This document shows positions 10,679 to 18,399 of a DNA stretch of 64,000 nt, one piece after another (within the stretch, counting starts at the first letter, position 1; each line of letters begins with the position of its first letter). The notes below the pieces were generated by a model, which saw only the letters and a list, made by a program, of their open reading frames with translations, made no database searches and was not told where the DNA came from. The DNA is from Anaerolineae bacterium (GTDB lineage: Bacteria > Chloroflexota > Anaerolineae > Anaerolineales > UBA4823). The stretch is from assembly GCA_037439525.1 (NCBI GenBank), contig JBBIVW010000003.1, positions 124,393 to 188,392 of the forward strand, written 5' to 3'. The position numbers were made by a program, and so were the translations under genes.

Positions 10679-11638
10679 ATGGAATACCGTTTTCTTGGTT
10701 CGACCGGCTTGAAAGTTTCCTGCCTCTGTCTTGGAAGCATGCAGTTCGGTTGGACAGCAGATCGAAAAACTGCATTCGATATCCTCTCTACAGCCTATGA
10801 GGCCGGAATCAATTTCATCGACACTGCGGATATTTACTCCAATTGGGTTGAAGGAAATCCGGGAGGCGTGGCTGAGGAGATTATCGGGGATTGGATCAAA
10901 GCTTCAGGGATTCCACGCCACCGATTGGTGATCGCCACAAAAGTGCGCGGCAGAATGGGAGAAGGAGCGAACGATGAAGGGCTATCTAGAGCACACATCC
11001 TCGCGGCCGTCGAGGCCTCGCTGAAAAGGCTCAAAACGGATTACATTGACCTGTACCAGACCCACTGGTTTGACGCGCAAACACCAATCTTAGAAACCCT
11101 CTCGGCTCTGGATGACCTCATTCACCAAGGGAAAGTTCGCTACATTGGGTGCTCGAATTACCCTGCCTGGCGGTTGACCGAAGCCCTGTGGACTGCGCGC
11201 CATTACCACCTGGCGGCATTTGTTTCCCTTCAGCCGCACTACAACTTGGTGCATCGCCAGGAATTTGAAAGCGAGTTAGCCGATGTTTGCCGCGCGTATA
11301 GCCTGGGAGTCATCCCTTATAGTCCATTAGGCGGTGGGTTCTTGACCGGGAAATATCGGCGAGAGGAGCAGCCTTCCAGCGTGCGCTTGCGTAACGTTAG
11401 CCGCTACTTCACTGAACGCAACTGGCAGGTATTAGACACACTCGACGCGCTGGCGCGGCAAAAGGGCAGCACGATTTCACAAGTCGCCCTGGCATGGTTG
11501 CTGGCGAACCCGCTGATCACCAGCCCCATCATCGGGCCGAGAACGCTTGACCAGTTGAAGGACAACCTGGGTGCTGTCGGGTTGCACCTCGAGGCATTCG
11601 AGATTGAGAAGCTCGACGAGGTTTCCCATTGGCGCTGA
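10679..11638 (+). CDS. aldo/keto reductase family oxidoreductase
   Basis: MEYRFLGSTGLKVSCLCLGSMQFG...INFIDTADIYS...IGCSNY signature blocks. The internal ATG at 10679 avoids overlap with galE. Confidence 0.9.
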   Translation: MEYRFLGSTGLKVSCLCLGSMQFGWTADRKTAFDILSTAYEAGINFIDTADIYSNWVEGNPGGVAEEIIGDWIKASGIPRHRLVIATKVRGRMGEGANDEGLSRAHILAAVEASLKRLKTDYIDLYQTHWFDAQTPILETLSALDDLIHQGKVRYIGCSNYPAWRLTEALWTARHYHLAAFVSLQPHYNLVHRQEFESELADVCRAYSLGVIPYSPLGGGFLTGKYRREEQPSSVRLRNVSRYFTERNWQVLDTLDALARQKGSTISQVALAWLLANPLITSPIIGPRTLDQLKDNLGAVGLHLEAFEIEKLDEVSHWR

Positions 11639-11661
11639 GACGCTCGAACGGATCTGCCTCC

Positions 11662-12651
11662 TCATGAAGTCTTATTTTCGTTAGATAAAAAATCTTCAAT
11701 GTCACCCCAGGCTGCGCAAAGCGCGGCAACAATTGCAGGATCGTACTTCGTGCCGCTACATGCCTCTATTTCCTTTAGCGCTTGTTGGGGCGATACTGCT
11801 TTCTGATACACACGTTCAGCAGTCATGGCATCGAAGGAGTCGGCTACAGCGATAATGCGCGCACCTAATGGAATCTCTTCTCCCTTCAACCCATCAGGAT
11901 AACCCCGTCCATCCCAGCGCTCGTGGTGATTGCGGATGATGGGAATGGCGGGGGTCAGGTAAGAGATGTGCTCAATGAGTTGTGAGCCATAGATCGTGTG
12001 TTTCTTCATTTCGGTCCATTCTTCTGCGTTCAGTGGACCCGTCTTGGATAGCACGGTTTCGCGAATGTAAATTTTCCCGATGTCGTGTAAGATCGCCCCG
12101 AAACGCAAGGGCTTCATGCTCGATTCCGGGAGGCCTAAACGGCGGGCAATAATCAGGGCGATGTTCATCACCCTCTCGACATGACCGCGTGTATAGCGAT
12201 CGCGCAACTCGATGGCGTTGGCCAGCATGATCAGGCTGGTTTCATATGCCTGCTCTAACTGCGCCAGTAAAAGCTGATGTGTCCTTTCCAGGCGCGAGCG
12301 GATTGTGGTCAACAATTCCTGCCGATCAACTGGTTTCACCAGATAATCTTCCACTCCAAGCTTCTTCCCCGCAAACACATCGTCGCGTTCGCCGCGCGCA
12401 GTTAAGAAAATAAAAGGAATGGTCACCCACTCGGGTCGGGTGCGCACATGCCGATAGAACTCAAAACCGTCCATCTCAGGCATGGATATGTCTGACAAGA
12501 TCAAATCCGGGCATATGGAATCCATCTTGCTAAGCGCCTCTCGGCCATGTACCGCAGAAAGCGCGCGAAATCCCTCGGTTTCCAATAGGATTTTTAGACC
12601 CTCGCGCAGTAAATCGTTGTCTTCAACCACTAAAATTACTTCGTTTGGCAT
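11662..12651 (-). CDS. response regulator with HD-GYP output domain (predicted c-di-GMP phosphodiesterase)
   Basis: REC domain (VVEDND...LILSDISMPEMDG...LVKP) followed by an HD-GYP domain (ILHDIGK...HHERWDGRGYPDG). Confidence 0.9.
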   Translation of the reverse strand: MPNEVILVVEDNDLLREGLKILLETEGFRALSAVHGREALSKMDSICPDLILSDISMPEMDGFEFYRHVRTRPEWVTIPFIFLTARGERDDVFAGKKLGVEDYLVKPVDRQELLTTIRSRLERTHQLLLAQLEQAYETSLIMLANAIELRDRYTRGHVERVMNIALIIARRLGLPESSMKPLRFGAILHDIGKIYIRETVLSKTGPLNAEEWTEMKKHTIYGSQLIEHISYLTPAIPIIRNHHERWDGRGYPDGLKGEEIPLGARIIAVADSFDAMTAERVYQKAVSPQQALKEIEACSGTKYDPAIVAALCAAWGDIEDFLSNENKTS

Positions 12652-12660
12652 CGATGCTCC

Positions 12661-15543
12661 TTAAATCGGCAACCAGATTTGGAAAACAGAACCTTTGCCA
12701 ATTTCACTCTGCACATCGATCTTTCCCCGGTGCAGGTCAACAATTTCACGCACAATCGCCAGCCCCAAGCCAGTGCCATGAATGCTCGATTGGCGAACGT
12801 TTTTGCCACGGTAAAACCGGTCAAAGATATGTGGAAGGTCTTCTTCAGGAATGCCCATGCCCGTATCTCTGATCGATAAACAGGCCATCTTATCTGCACT
12901 TCCGGTTTCAAGCTGCACCTTTCCTTCGGGTGAATAGCGGATGGCATTCGTGATCAAATTGGCAAGCATGCGCGAGAGCTGGTTGTACTCACCCTGGATT
13001 TCAAGCGGTGTGGCTCCAGGTGTAAAGGTGACCTCTACACCGGCAGCTTCAGCCATGGGTGCATGGGCGGTGATCACATCTAAGACCAGCTTGTTCAAAT
13101 CCACCGGGGCAAACTCCAGTTGAGAAACGCGTGCCTTAGTAATGCGAGATAGATCGAGGATATCTTCAACCAGTTTGGTCAATTGAAAGCTTTGCTCGCG
13201 GATCACCGCCAGATATTGGGCATGTTTTTCGGGCGGGGAGCTTTCAAGCAAGTCCAGGTAGAGGTTGATGTTCGTGGTCGGCGTGCGTAGCTCGTGAGAG
13301 ACATCGGCAACAAAGATGTCCTTCATGCGGTCCAGTTCTTTTTGATGGGTTATATCGCGTTGGCTACCCACATAGCTGACGATATGTCCGCTCTGATCTC
13401 GCACAGGCGCGATGGTCAGTAGAATGTCATACAAGCGTCCATTCTTACGACGACTAAGCAACTCGCCACTCCAGACCTCCCCCTGCTTTAAACAGGCTTT
13501 TACTTCCTCGACTTTCTGGGCTTCGTTATATTCATTTAGAATACTGAAGAAGTCTTGACCCACAAGGTCATTAAAGGTAAACCCCGATTGTCTTTCAAAG
13601 GCGCTGTTGATGATCTCGATTTGACCATTCAAATCGGTCACCACCACTCCCTCTCCAACACTGGCAAGTATGGCTTCGACGCGCTCTTTGGCGTTGAACA
13701 ATTCAGCAGTACGCAATTTTACGCGATGTTCAAGCTCAGCAGCATATTGACGCAAACGCGTCACCAGATGCAAATTCTCTAAAATCGGGGCAATTTGCCG
13801 CGCCACAACGCGCATGATGTCGATATCCTCCGAGCTGAAAATATCCCCCCCCAATTTGGGTCCCAAAGCCAGGAGACCCTGGATCTTGGCATGAGCAATC
13901 ACAGGCACCCATAAATGAATCTGTTCACTTTTCAGCAGTTGGAGCTCTTCTGCAGATAGAGCTACTTCCTCCAGAGCTTTGCGCAAATTGTTTTTTTCAA
14001 CCACGCCAAGATTCAATAAAAACTCCAGGCTGCTTCGAGGCAAGTGTGGATAATGGCGTGGCGGTTGCTCATCCAGATTGTAACGCGAGGCCACCTCGAC
14101 GATCGAAAACTCTCCATCTGCGTCTCGAAAGAAGACGCATGCTTCTTCCAGGCGCAGGATGTTCACCAAGCGTTGACCCACGATTTGGGCTAACTCGTGG
14201 TAATCGTTGACCAGCTCAAGCCCATGGGTGATATTCATCACGCCTAAACGGTAATCGTACCAGCCACCATAGAACATGGTGTCTACAAACTTCTGAACAC
14301 GACTGTGCAAAGGAATGAAGACCGTCGCCAGGAATAATACCAAGAGCGTGTCCAGGATGCGATTTTCCCCAATTTCTTCAGGCAAGAATCGATGTAATAA
14401 GAAGAAGAGGATGAGATATGCCGCCCCCATGATTGAATACACAAGGATATAAGTTGCGCCTCGGTTGACATGGCGTTCAATTTCGATTAGATGCAGACGA
14501 AAAATCGCATAACCGTAGGAAATGGGGATAAAACTCAGCAGCGCAAAAGCGAAACGATACGGGAGAATGGTATTTTGAAAAAGCGCATCTGGCAAAATCG
14601 TCAGTGTGACAATGAGTAAAACCGTCAGCCCGCCTCCTAGAGCAACCAGGCGAATGCGGCTTCGCACCCCTGGAGACTTCGGTCGCATATACGCATATAC
14701 GAGCAACACGCCGACAACAAGCAGGTTGATTGCCAGGTAAAATCTGCCGATAGTTACCAGTTGAGGAAACCAGGGCATAACACGGAGATTCACTCCAGAA
14801 AAGATCGAAATTAGGTGCGGGGCGGCGCCGATGAGTGCCAGCGCGTAGAAGAAGGCGACGATCCAATTCTGTTTTTTACTTGCAGTTTTTTGGGGGAAAT
14901 GAAAATGGAGATGAATGGACAGTGGGCCAATGAACCACACCAGGGCGTTAAACAAACTGGACGCCCAACGAGGCCCCAGGTAAGATGCCACGCCTGCAGT
15001 GAGGCTTACGGCACTCACCTGACACCAATAAAAGAATATGCTCGCTGCGCTATCTGGAGGGCGAAATGTCTGCACGCCTAAGCCGATGCTCCAAAAGATC
15101 AGGGCCACCAAAATCGGGATGAGGCGAAAGAAGATCTCCACCGCATCTGGTTGTACCAGACGAATGGAGATGTGCATTTCCCTCCCGCCACGGTCAATGA
15201 CAAAACCAACCAGGTCGCCAGGATGTTTATCGTAATAGGTCGTGATGCGCGTCCCCCAAGGCTGTCCATCGATTTCTTTGATCACATCCCCTTTGAAGAG
15301 CAAGTTGTCCGCTGGGCCACCGGATTCTATCGCTCCAATGGACCCGTCTGGATGAAGGGTCTCGATGCCATCATGGGGGTAGGCAATCACCTGCACAATC
15401 GTCCATAAGATACCCAAAAGAACAACGACGGAGATGGCAAACGGCAAGCTCAACCACCACTGGCGACGAACGGTTTGGAAGATTGGTCGCTTGATCGTTA
15501 GCATATTTCGTATTTTAACATAGGCGCTTGTGATTGCCTCCAT
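12661..15543 (-). CDS. polytopic sensor histidine kinase (TM, PDZ-like loop, ~9-10 TM, GAF, PAS, HisKA, HATPase_c)
   Basis: 960 aa. An N-terminal TM is followed by a GDVIKEIDGQPWG PDZ-like segment and a long hydrophobic multi-pass region. The H-box is VSHELRTPT and the G-boxes are DTGMGI / GTGLGLAIV. Confidence 0.9.
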   Translation of the reverse strand: MEAITSAYVKIRNMLTIKRPIFQTVRRQWWLSLPFAISVVVLLGILWTIVQVIAYPHDGIETLHPDGSIGAIESGGPADNLLFKGDVIKEIDGQPWGTRITTYYDKHPGDLVGFVIDRGGREMHISIRLVQPDAVEIFFRLIPILVALIFWSIGLGVQTFRPPDSAASIFFYWCQVSAVSLTAGVASYLGPRWASSLFNALVWFIGPLSIHLHFHFPQKTASKKQNWIVAFFYALALIGAAPHLISIFSGVNLRVMPWFPQLVTIGRFYLAINLLVVGVLLVYAYMRPKSPGVRSRIRLVALGGGLTVLLIVTLTILPDALFQNTILPYRFAFALLSFIPISYGYAIFRLHLIEIERHVNRGATYILVYSIMGAAYLILFFLLHRFLPEEIGENRILDTLLVLFLATVFIPLHSRVQKFVDTMFYGGWYDYRLGVMNITHGLELVNDYHELAQIVGQRLVNILRLEEACVFFRDADGEFSIVEVASRYNLDEQPPRHYPHLPRSSLEFLLNLGVVEKNNLRKALEEVALSAEELQLLKSEQIHLWVPVIAHAKIQGLLALGPKLGGDIFSSEDIDIMRVVARQIAPILENLHLVTRLRQYAAELEHRVKLRTAELFNAKERVEAILASVGEGVVVTDLNGQIEIINSAFERQSGFTFNDLVGQDFFSILNEYNEAQKVEEVKACLKQGEVWSGELLSRRKNGRLYDILLTIAPVRDQSGHIVSYVGSQRDITHQKELDRMKDIFVADVSHELRTPTTNINLYLDLLESSPPEKHAQYLAVIREQSFQLTKLVEDILDLSRITKARVSQLEFAPVDLNKLVLDVITAHAPMAEAAGVEVTFTPGATPLEIQGEYNQLSRMLANLITNAIRYSPEGKVQLETGSADKMACLSIRDTGMGIPEEDLPHIFDRFYRGKNVRQSSIHGTGLGLAIVREIVDLHRGKIDVQSEIGKGSVFQIWLPI

Positions 15544-15570
15544 AACCCCCTAACAATTAGGCAAGTGGCA

Positions 15571-16632
15571 TTACGCGCTTAGAATGTCTAGAGTTTGAAC
15601 GAGGCTGTGTAAAACCTGTGCGGGGGCCGCGTTCGGGTGGGCTTCCGCCAGGCATTGGTTCGCCTGTTGACGATATTTTTCGAGTTGGAGAAGCAGAAAC
15701 ACACTCGCTCCACTGGTTTCGACCAACTCGAAAACGCGCTGCAAAGCGCGTCGATCGCGCGCGGCGCGCTCTATTTCTTGACGCAAATCTGCGCATTGGG
15801 GCTCTGGAAGAACCGCCAGCGCGTATCTCACCGGTAAAGATCGTGAAAGCCCGCGATAATAAGCCAGGCTTCGCTCTTCGGTAAGGGGCTTGAAATCTTC
15901 GAGGTCATCGAGCAACTGTACGGCAATACCGATATTTTCACCAAATTGCTGATAAGCTGCCAACTTTGACGGCTCCGACGTGGCAAGGGATGCGCCCAAA
16001 CGACACGCCAGGGCGAAAAATGCGCCGGATTTCTCCCGCGCACGTGTCCAATAGCTATCTAACGAAGGATCATGCTGCAACAGATCGCGGTGCTGACCTG
16101 CGCACATGACTAAAAAGCGTTTATAAAATTCGCTTAGCAGAGTTGGATCCAAGGATTGGGTGAGAGGCGATCGACTTTGGGAAAGAATGACTGAGGCGCT
16201 GAAATAAAACCCAGAGGCGATATTGAGCGCTGCTCCGCTTCCTATAGAAGACCAATGTGGATCCGGCTCGTCCTGATCTTCTATGGTGTCCATGATATGC
16301 GCGGCGACATAGTACAACAGCCACGCCGCAGCGAGGTCATCTGCCCAATGCATTTCCCCTCCGGCAGCCTGGCAACATAACCCGGGCAAGAACGCCCAAC
16401 GCAGCGGGGAACGCCGATCGACCTCAGTGTCTTCGTTAAAATGCGGCAGAGTCAAACGCATGGCATGGACAAACTCATGCCACGCGCCTGACTCCGCCCA
16501 AACTTGTTCGATTCTGTCCCAAATGGGCTTGAGCGTAAGACGGCTCAAGAAGCCCGCGGGGTCACATCCAGGATGTCGCTTTAATGGCGAGTTCAGAGAG
16601 GCGGACGCTCCCGCTCTGAACGGTTCCTCCAA
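15571..16632 (-). CDS. polyprenyl-synthetase-fold protein, ComQ-like putative peptide isoprenyl transferase
   Basis: Trans-prenyltransferase fold blocks are present: AAGG...AAAW..AAHIMDTIEDQDE (atypical first Asp-rich motif with no RRG after it), GQHRDL, KSGAFFALA, and IAVQLLDDLEDF (second DDxxD). The start is uncertain. The maximal ORF begins at TTG 16632 and overlaps the upstream small ORF by 71 nt. Alternative starts are TTG 16548 and ATG 16461. Confidence 0.75.
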   Translation of the reverse strand: MEEPFRAGASASLNSPLKRHPGCDPAGFLSRLTLKPIWDRIEQVWAESGAWHEFVHAMRLTLPHFNEDTEVDRRSPLRWAFLPGLCCQAAGGEMHWADDLAAAWLLYYVAAHIMDTIEDQDEPDPHWSSIGSGAALNIASGFYFSASVILSQSRSPLTQSLDPTLLSEFYKRFLVMCAGQHRDLLQHDPSLDSYWTRAREKSGAFFALACRLGASLATSEPSKLAAYQQFGENIGIAVQLLDDLEDFKPLTEERSLAYYRGLSRSLPVRYALAVLPEPQCADLRQEIERAARDRRALQRVFELVETSGASVFLLLQLEKYRQQANQCLAEAHPNAAPAQVLHSLVQTLDILSA

Positions 16633-16771
16633 GTCCAGCGCAAAGGAAATTCATTTCCTCGCGGCTCAGTTGGAATCCTTTGTCTTTCAATGCAGCTTCG
16701 GGATCGTTGCGCCATTTTTCCGCAAATTCAGCATTATTGGTGATGTGATAAACGACCTGTGCGAGTGACAT
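16562..16771 (-). CDS. 69-aa candidate pheromone/RiPP precursor (LigA/NHLP-like helical leader, GG motif, C-terminal ...ATSWM)
   Basis: AAGGAG lies 6 nt upstream of the ATG at 16771, and a strong promoter lies upstream. The leader xxDPEAALKDKGFQLSREE resembles LigA-subunit/NHLP-clan leaders. The stop lies within or adjacent to the start region of the ComQ-like gene. Confidence 0.6.
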   Translation of the reverse strand: MSLAQVVYHITNNAEFAEKWRNDPEAALKDKGFQLSREEMNFLCAGLGGTVQSGSVRLSELAIKATSWM

Positions 16772-16832
16772 ATGCATCTCCTTTGTCTTTACAATATTGA
16801 TAAGACGCCTGACATTTTTGCAAGGTACTGTA

Positions 16833-16861
16833 AGTTTAGCATAAAAAAGCCTCCTTGTCAA
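16833..16861 (-). promoter_or_regulatory. sigma70-type promoter for the small-peptide operon
   Basis: The reverse strand reads TTGACA (16861-16856), a 17-nt spacer, then TAAACT (16838-16833). It sits about 60 nt upstream of the precursor ATG. Confidence 0.5.
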
Positions 16862-17005
16862 GCGAAGCGCCATACATTGGGGCAAGAGTCTGATTATCCC
16901 CTACATATATGCCAAATCGGGTAGGAATACGATTTATTCGGAGTAAAATCATCAATTTTTGCCTATAACAGCAGAGCCGCAAGGGGAATTTCAGTGAAAA
17001 ATTTA

Positions 17006-17014
17006 TGGTATAAT
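17006..17014 (+). promoter_or_regulatory. extended -10 element (TGgTATAAT) upstream of the MBL hydrolase gene
   Basis: TGGTATAAT lies in the AT-rich divergent intergenic region. No clear -35 was found. Confidence 0.35.
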
Positions 17015-17137
17015 TAAAGTTTGCCTTTTTTATATGATAGAATTTAAATATAATAATTTCCGCCTTTAATTCGTTTTCCAATACCTGGTGGTATTCCTTC
17101 CTCGATCAACTCTCACGCAAAGGTACCTTTTATCCAT

Positions 17138-18061
17138 ATGACAAACCATTCCGTGGCAACACTTGATCTGAATTTCATGAATATGCCGGGTGCAATCGCG
17201 GCATATGCGCTACCCCATGAAAAGGGGGTGCTGCTCATCGAAAGCGGGCCCGCTTCGACAATCAAAAACCTCGATTCCAATCTCGCCAAAATGGGATATT
17301 CGCTTGCTCAGGTGACTGATGTGTTTCTCACGCACATCCATCTCGACCATGCAGGCGCAGCCGGTTGGCTCGCCAGAACTGGCGCGCGCATTCATGTGCA
17401 CACAAATGGTGCGCCCCATTTACTCAATCCAGAACGTCTGCTCAACAGCGCGTGGAGAATCTATGGTGACGCATTGGAAGAACTATGGGGAGAATTCATC
17501 CCGGTGCCCGAGGACCAACTCCAATCCCACGAGGATAATGAGGTAATCGACATCCATGGGATAAAGATTCGCACGATAGACACCCCAGGCCATGCCTATC
17601 ACCACTTGAGCTACATTTGCTTGGATACCTGTTTCAGCGGCGATATCGGAGGGGTGCGCCTCGCTGGAGGCAAACACATCCGCCTGCCCATGCCTCCGCC
17701 GGAATTCAACCTCGAACTCTGGCGAGAAAGCCTCCACCGCCTGACCCTCGAACGATCGAAGGGAGTCTTTTCGAAAATCGCTCCAACGCATTTTGGCATT
17801 TACGCAGACGCCGATTGGCATCTTCAAGCAGCCCGCAAGGCGCTTGATGAGGTCGAAGAATGGTTGGAATCCGCAATGCAGGATAACCCTGACGTAGAAC
17901 AACTCAACACGCGGTTCCTCACCTGGACGGAACAACGCTCGATGCGAGAAGGCGCCTCGAGCGAAGATTTGCGCCTCTTTGAGACCGTCAATCCATCGAA
18001 AATGTCTTCGTATGGCCTCTATCGCTACTGGCATAAAGTGCGCATGAGCGAACACAATTGA
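17138..18061 (+). CDS. MBL-fold metallo-hydrolase
   Basis: THIHLDHAG (HxHxDH) motif, with a later TPGH and further His/Asp ligand positions. Confidence 0.85.
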   Translation: MTNHSVATLDLNFMNMPGAIAAYALPHEKGVLLIESGPASTIKNLDSNLAKMGYSLAQVTDVFLTHIHLDHAGAAGWLARTGARIHVHTNGAPHLLNPERLLNSAWRIYGDALEELWGEFIPVPEDQLQSHEDNEVIDIHGIKIRTIDTPGHAYHHLSYICLDTCFSGDIGGVRLAGGKHIRLPMPPPEFNLELWRESLHRLTLERSKGVFSKIAPTHFGIYADADWHLQAARKALDEVEEWLESAMQDNPDVEQLNTRFLTWTEQRSMREGASSEDLRLFETVNPSKMSSYGLYRYWHKVRMSEHN

Positions 18062-18399
18062 AGCACATTCCCCATTGAATGGTGGGGGTTGCTTTATAAG
18101 TCACACCTTTACCGAACAAGCTTATAGAACTGCTACGCCAGGCAAGCAAGTAAGCTTTTAAGCCTGCTTGCTGGCACGGGTGGGCTAGAAGAGAGTGGTG
18201 CACCTACCTCCAGGGAGACGAAAACAAGCCTCTGGCAGCTATCCCACAGAAGAGTAAGCAAATCCACAAGATTTGCGCCACATCAACCCGGTTTGGTGCT
18301 GGTATCTTTGGCGATGGAGTGTCGTGCGGTGGTATAAATTCTGCTCGGATTGGTGAAGTAAACCTGGCAAACAGGTCGTTAGAAATTCACGGCATCCGA

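Noticed and set aside
16562-16771. Reading the GLGG motif as a class II bacteriocin or PCAT-exported double-glycine peptide
   Set aside because: No peptidase-containing ABC transporter (PCAT), immunity gene or HlyD-like partner lies anywhere nearby. I kept this only as an alternative hypothesis in the findings.
16836-17081. 81-aa minus-strand ORF in the AT-rich intergenic region upstream of the peptide gene
   Set aside because: It has an AT-rich, Ile/Asn/Phe/Lys-biased composition and overlaps the predicted promoter. It is most likely non-coding regulatory DNA. I did consider it as a possible second precursor, but it has no leader-like or Trp-tail similarity.
17483-18055. 190-aa minus-strand ORF
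   Set aside because: It is antisense to the MBL-fold hydrolase gene.
18062-18399. 338-nt convergent intergenic region with an imperfect hairpin (CCAGGCAAGCA...TGCTTGCTGG) and two short ORFs
   Set aside because: The hairpin is bulged and lacks a U-tract. The ORFs (71 and 80 aa) have no RBS or motif. No tRNA-like or known ncRNA pattern was recognised by eye.
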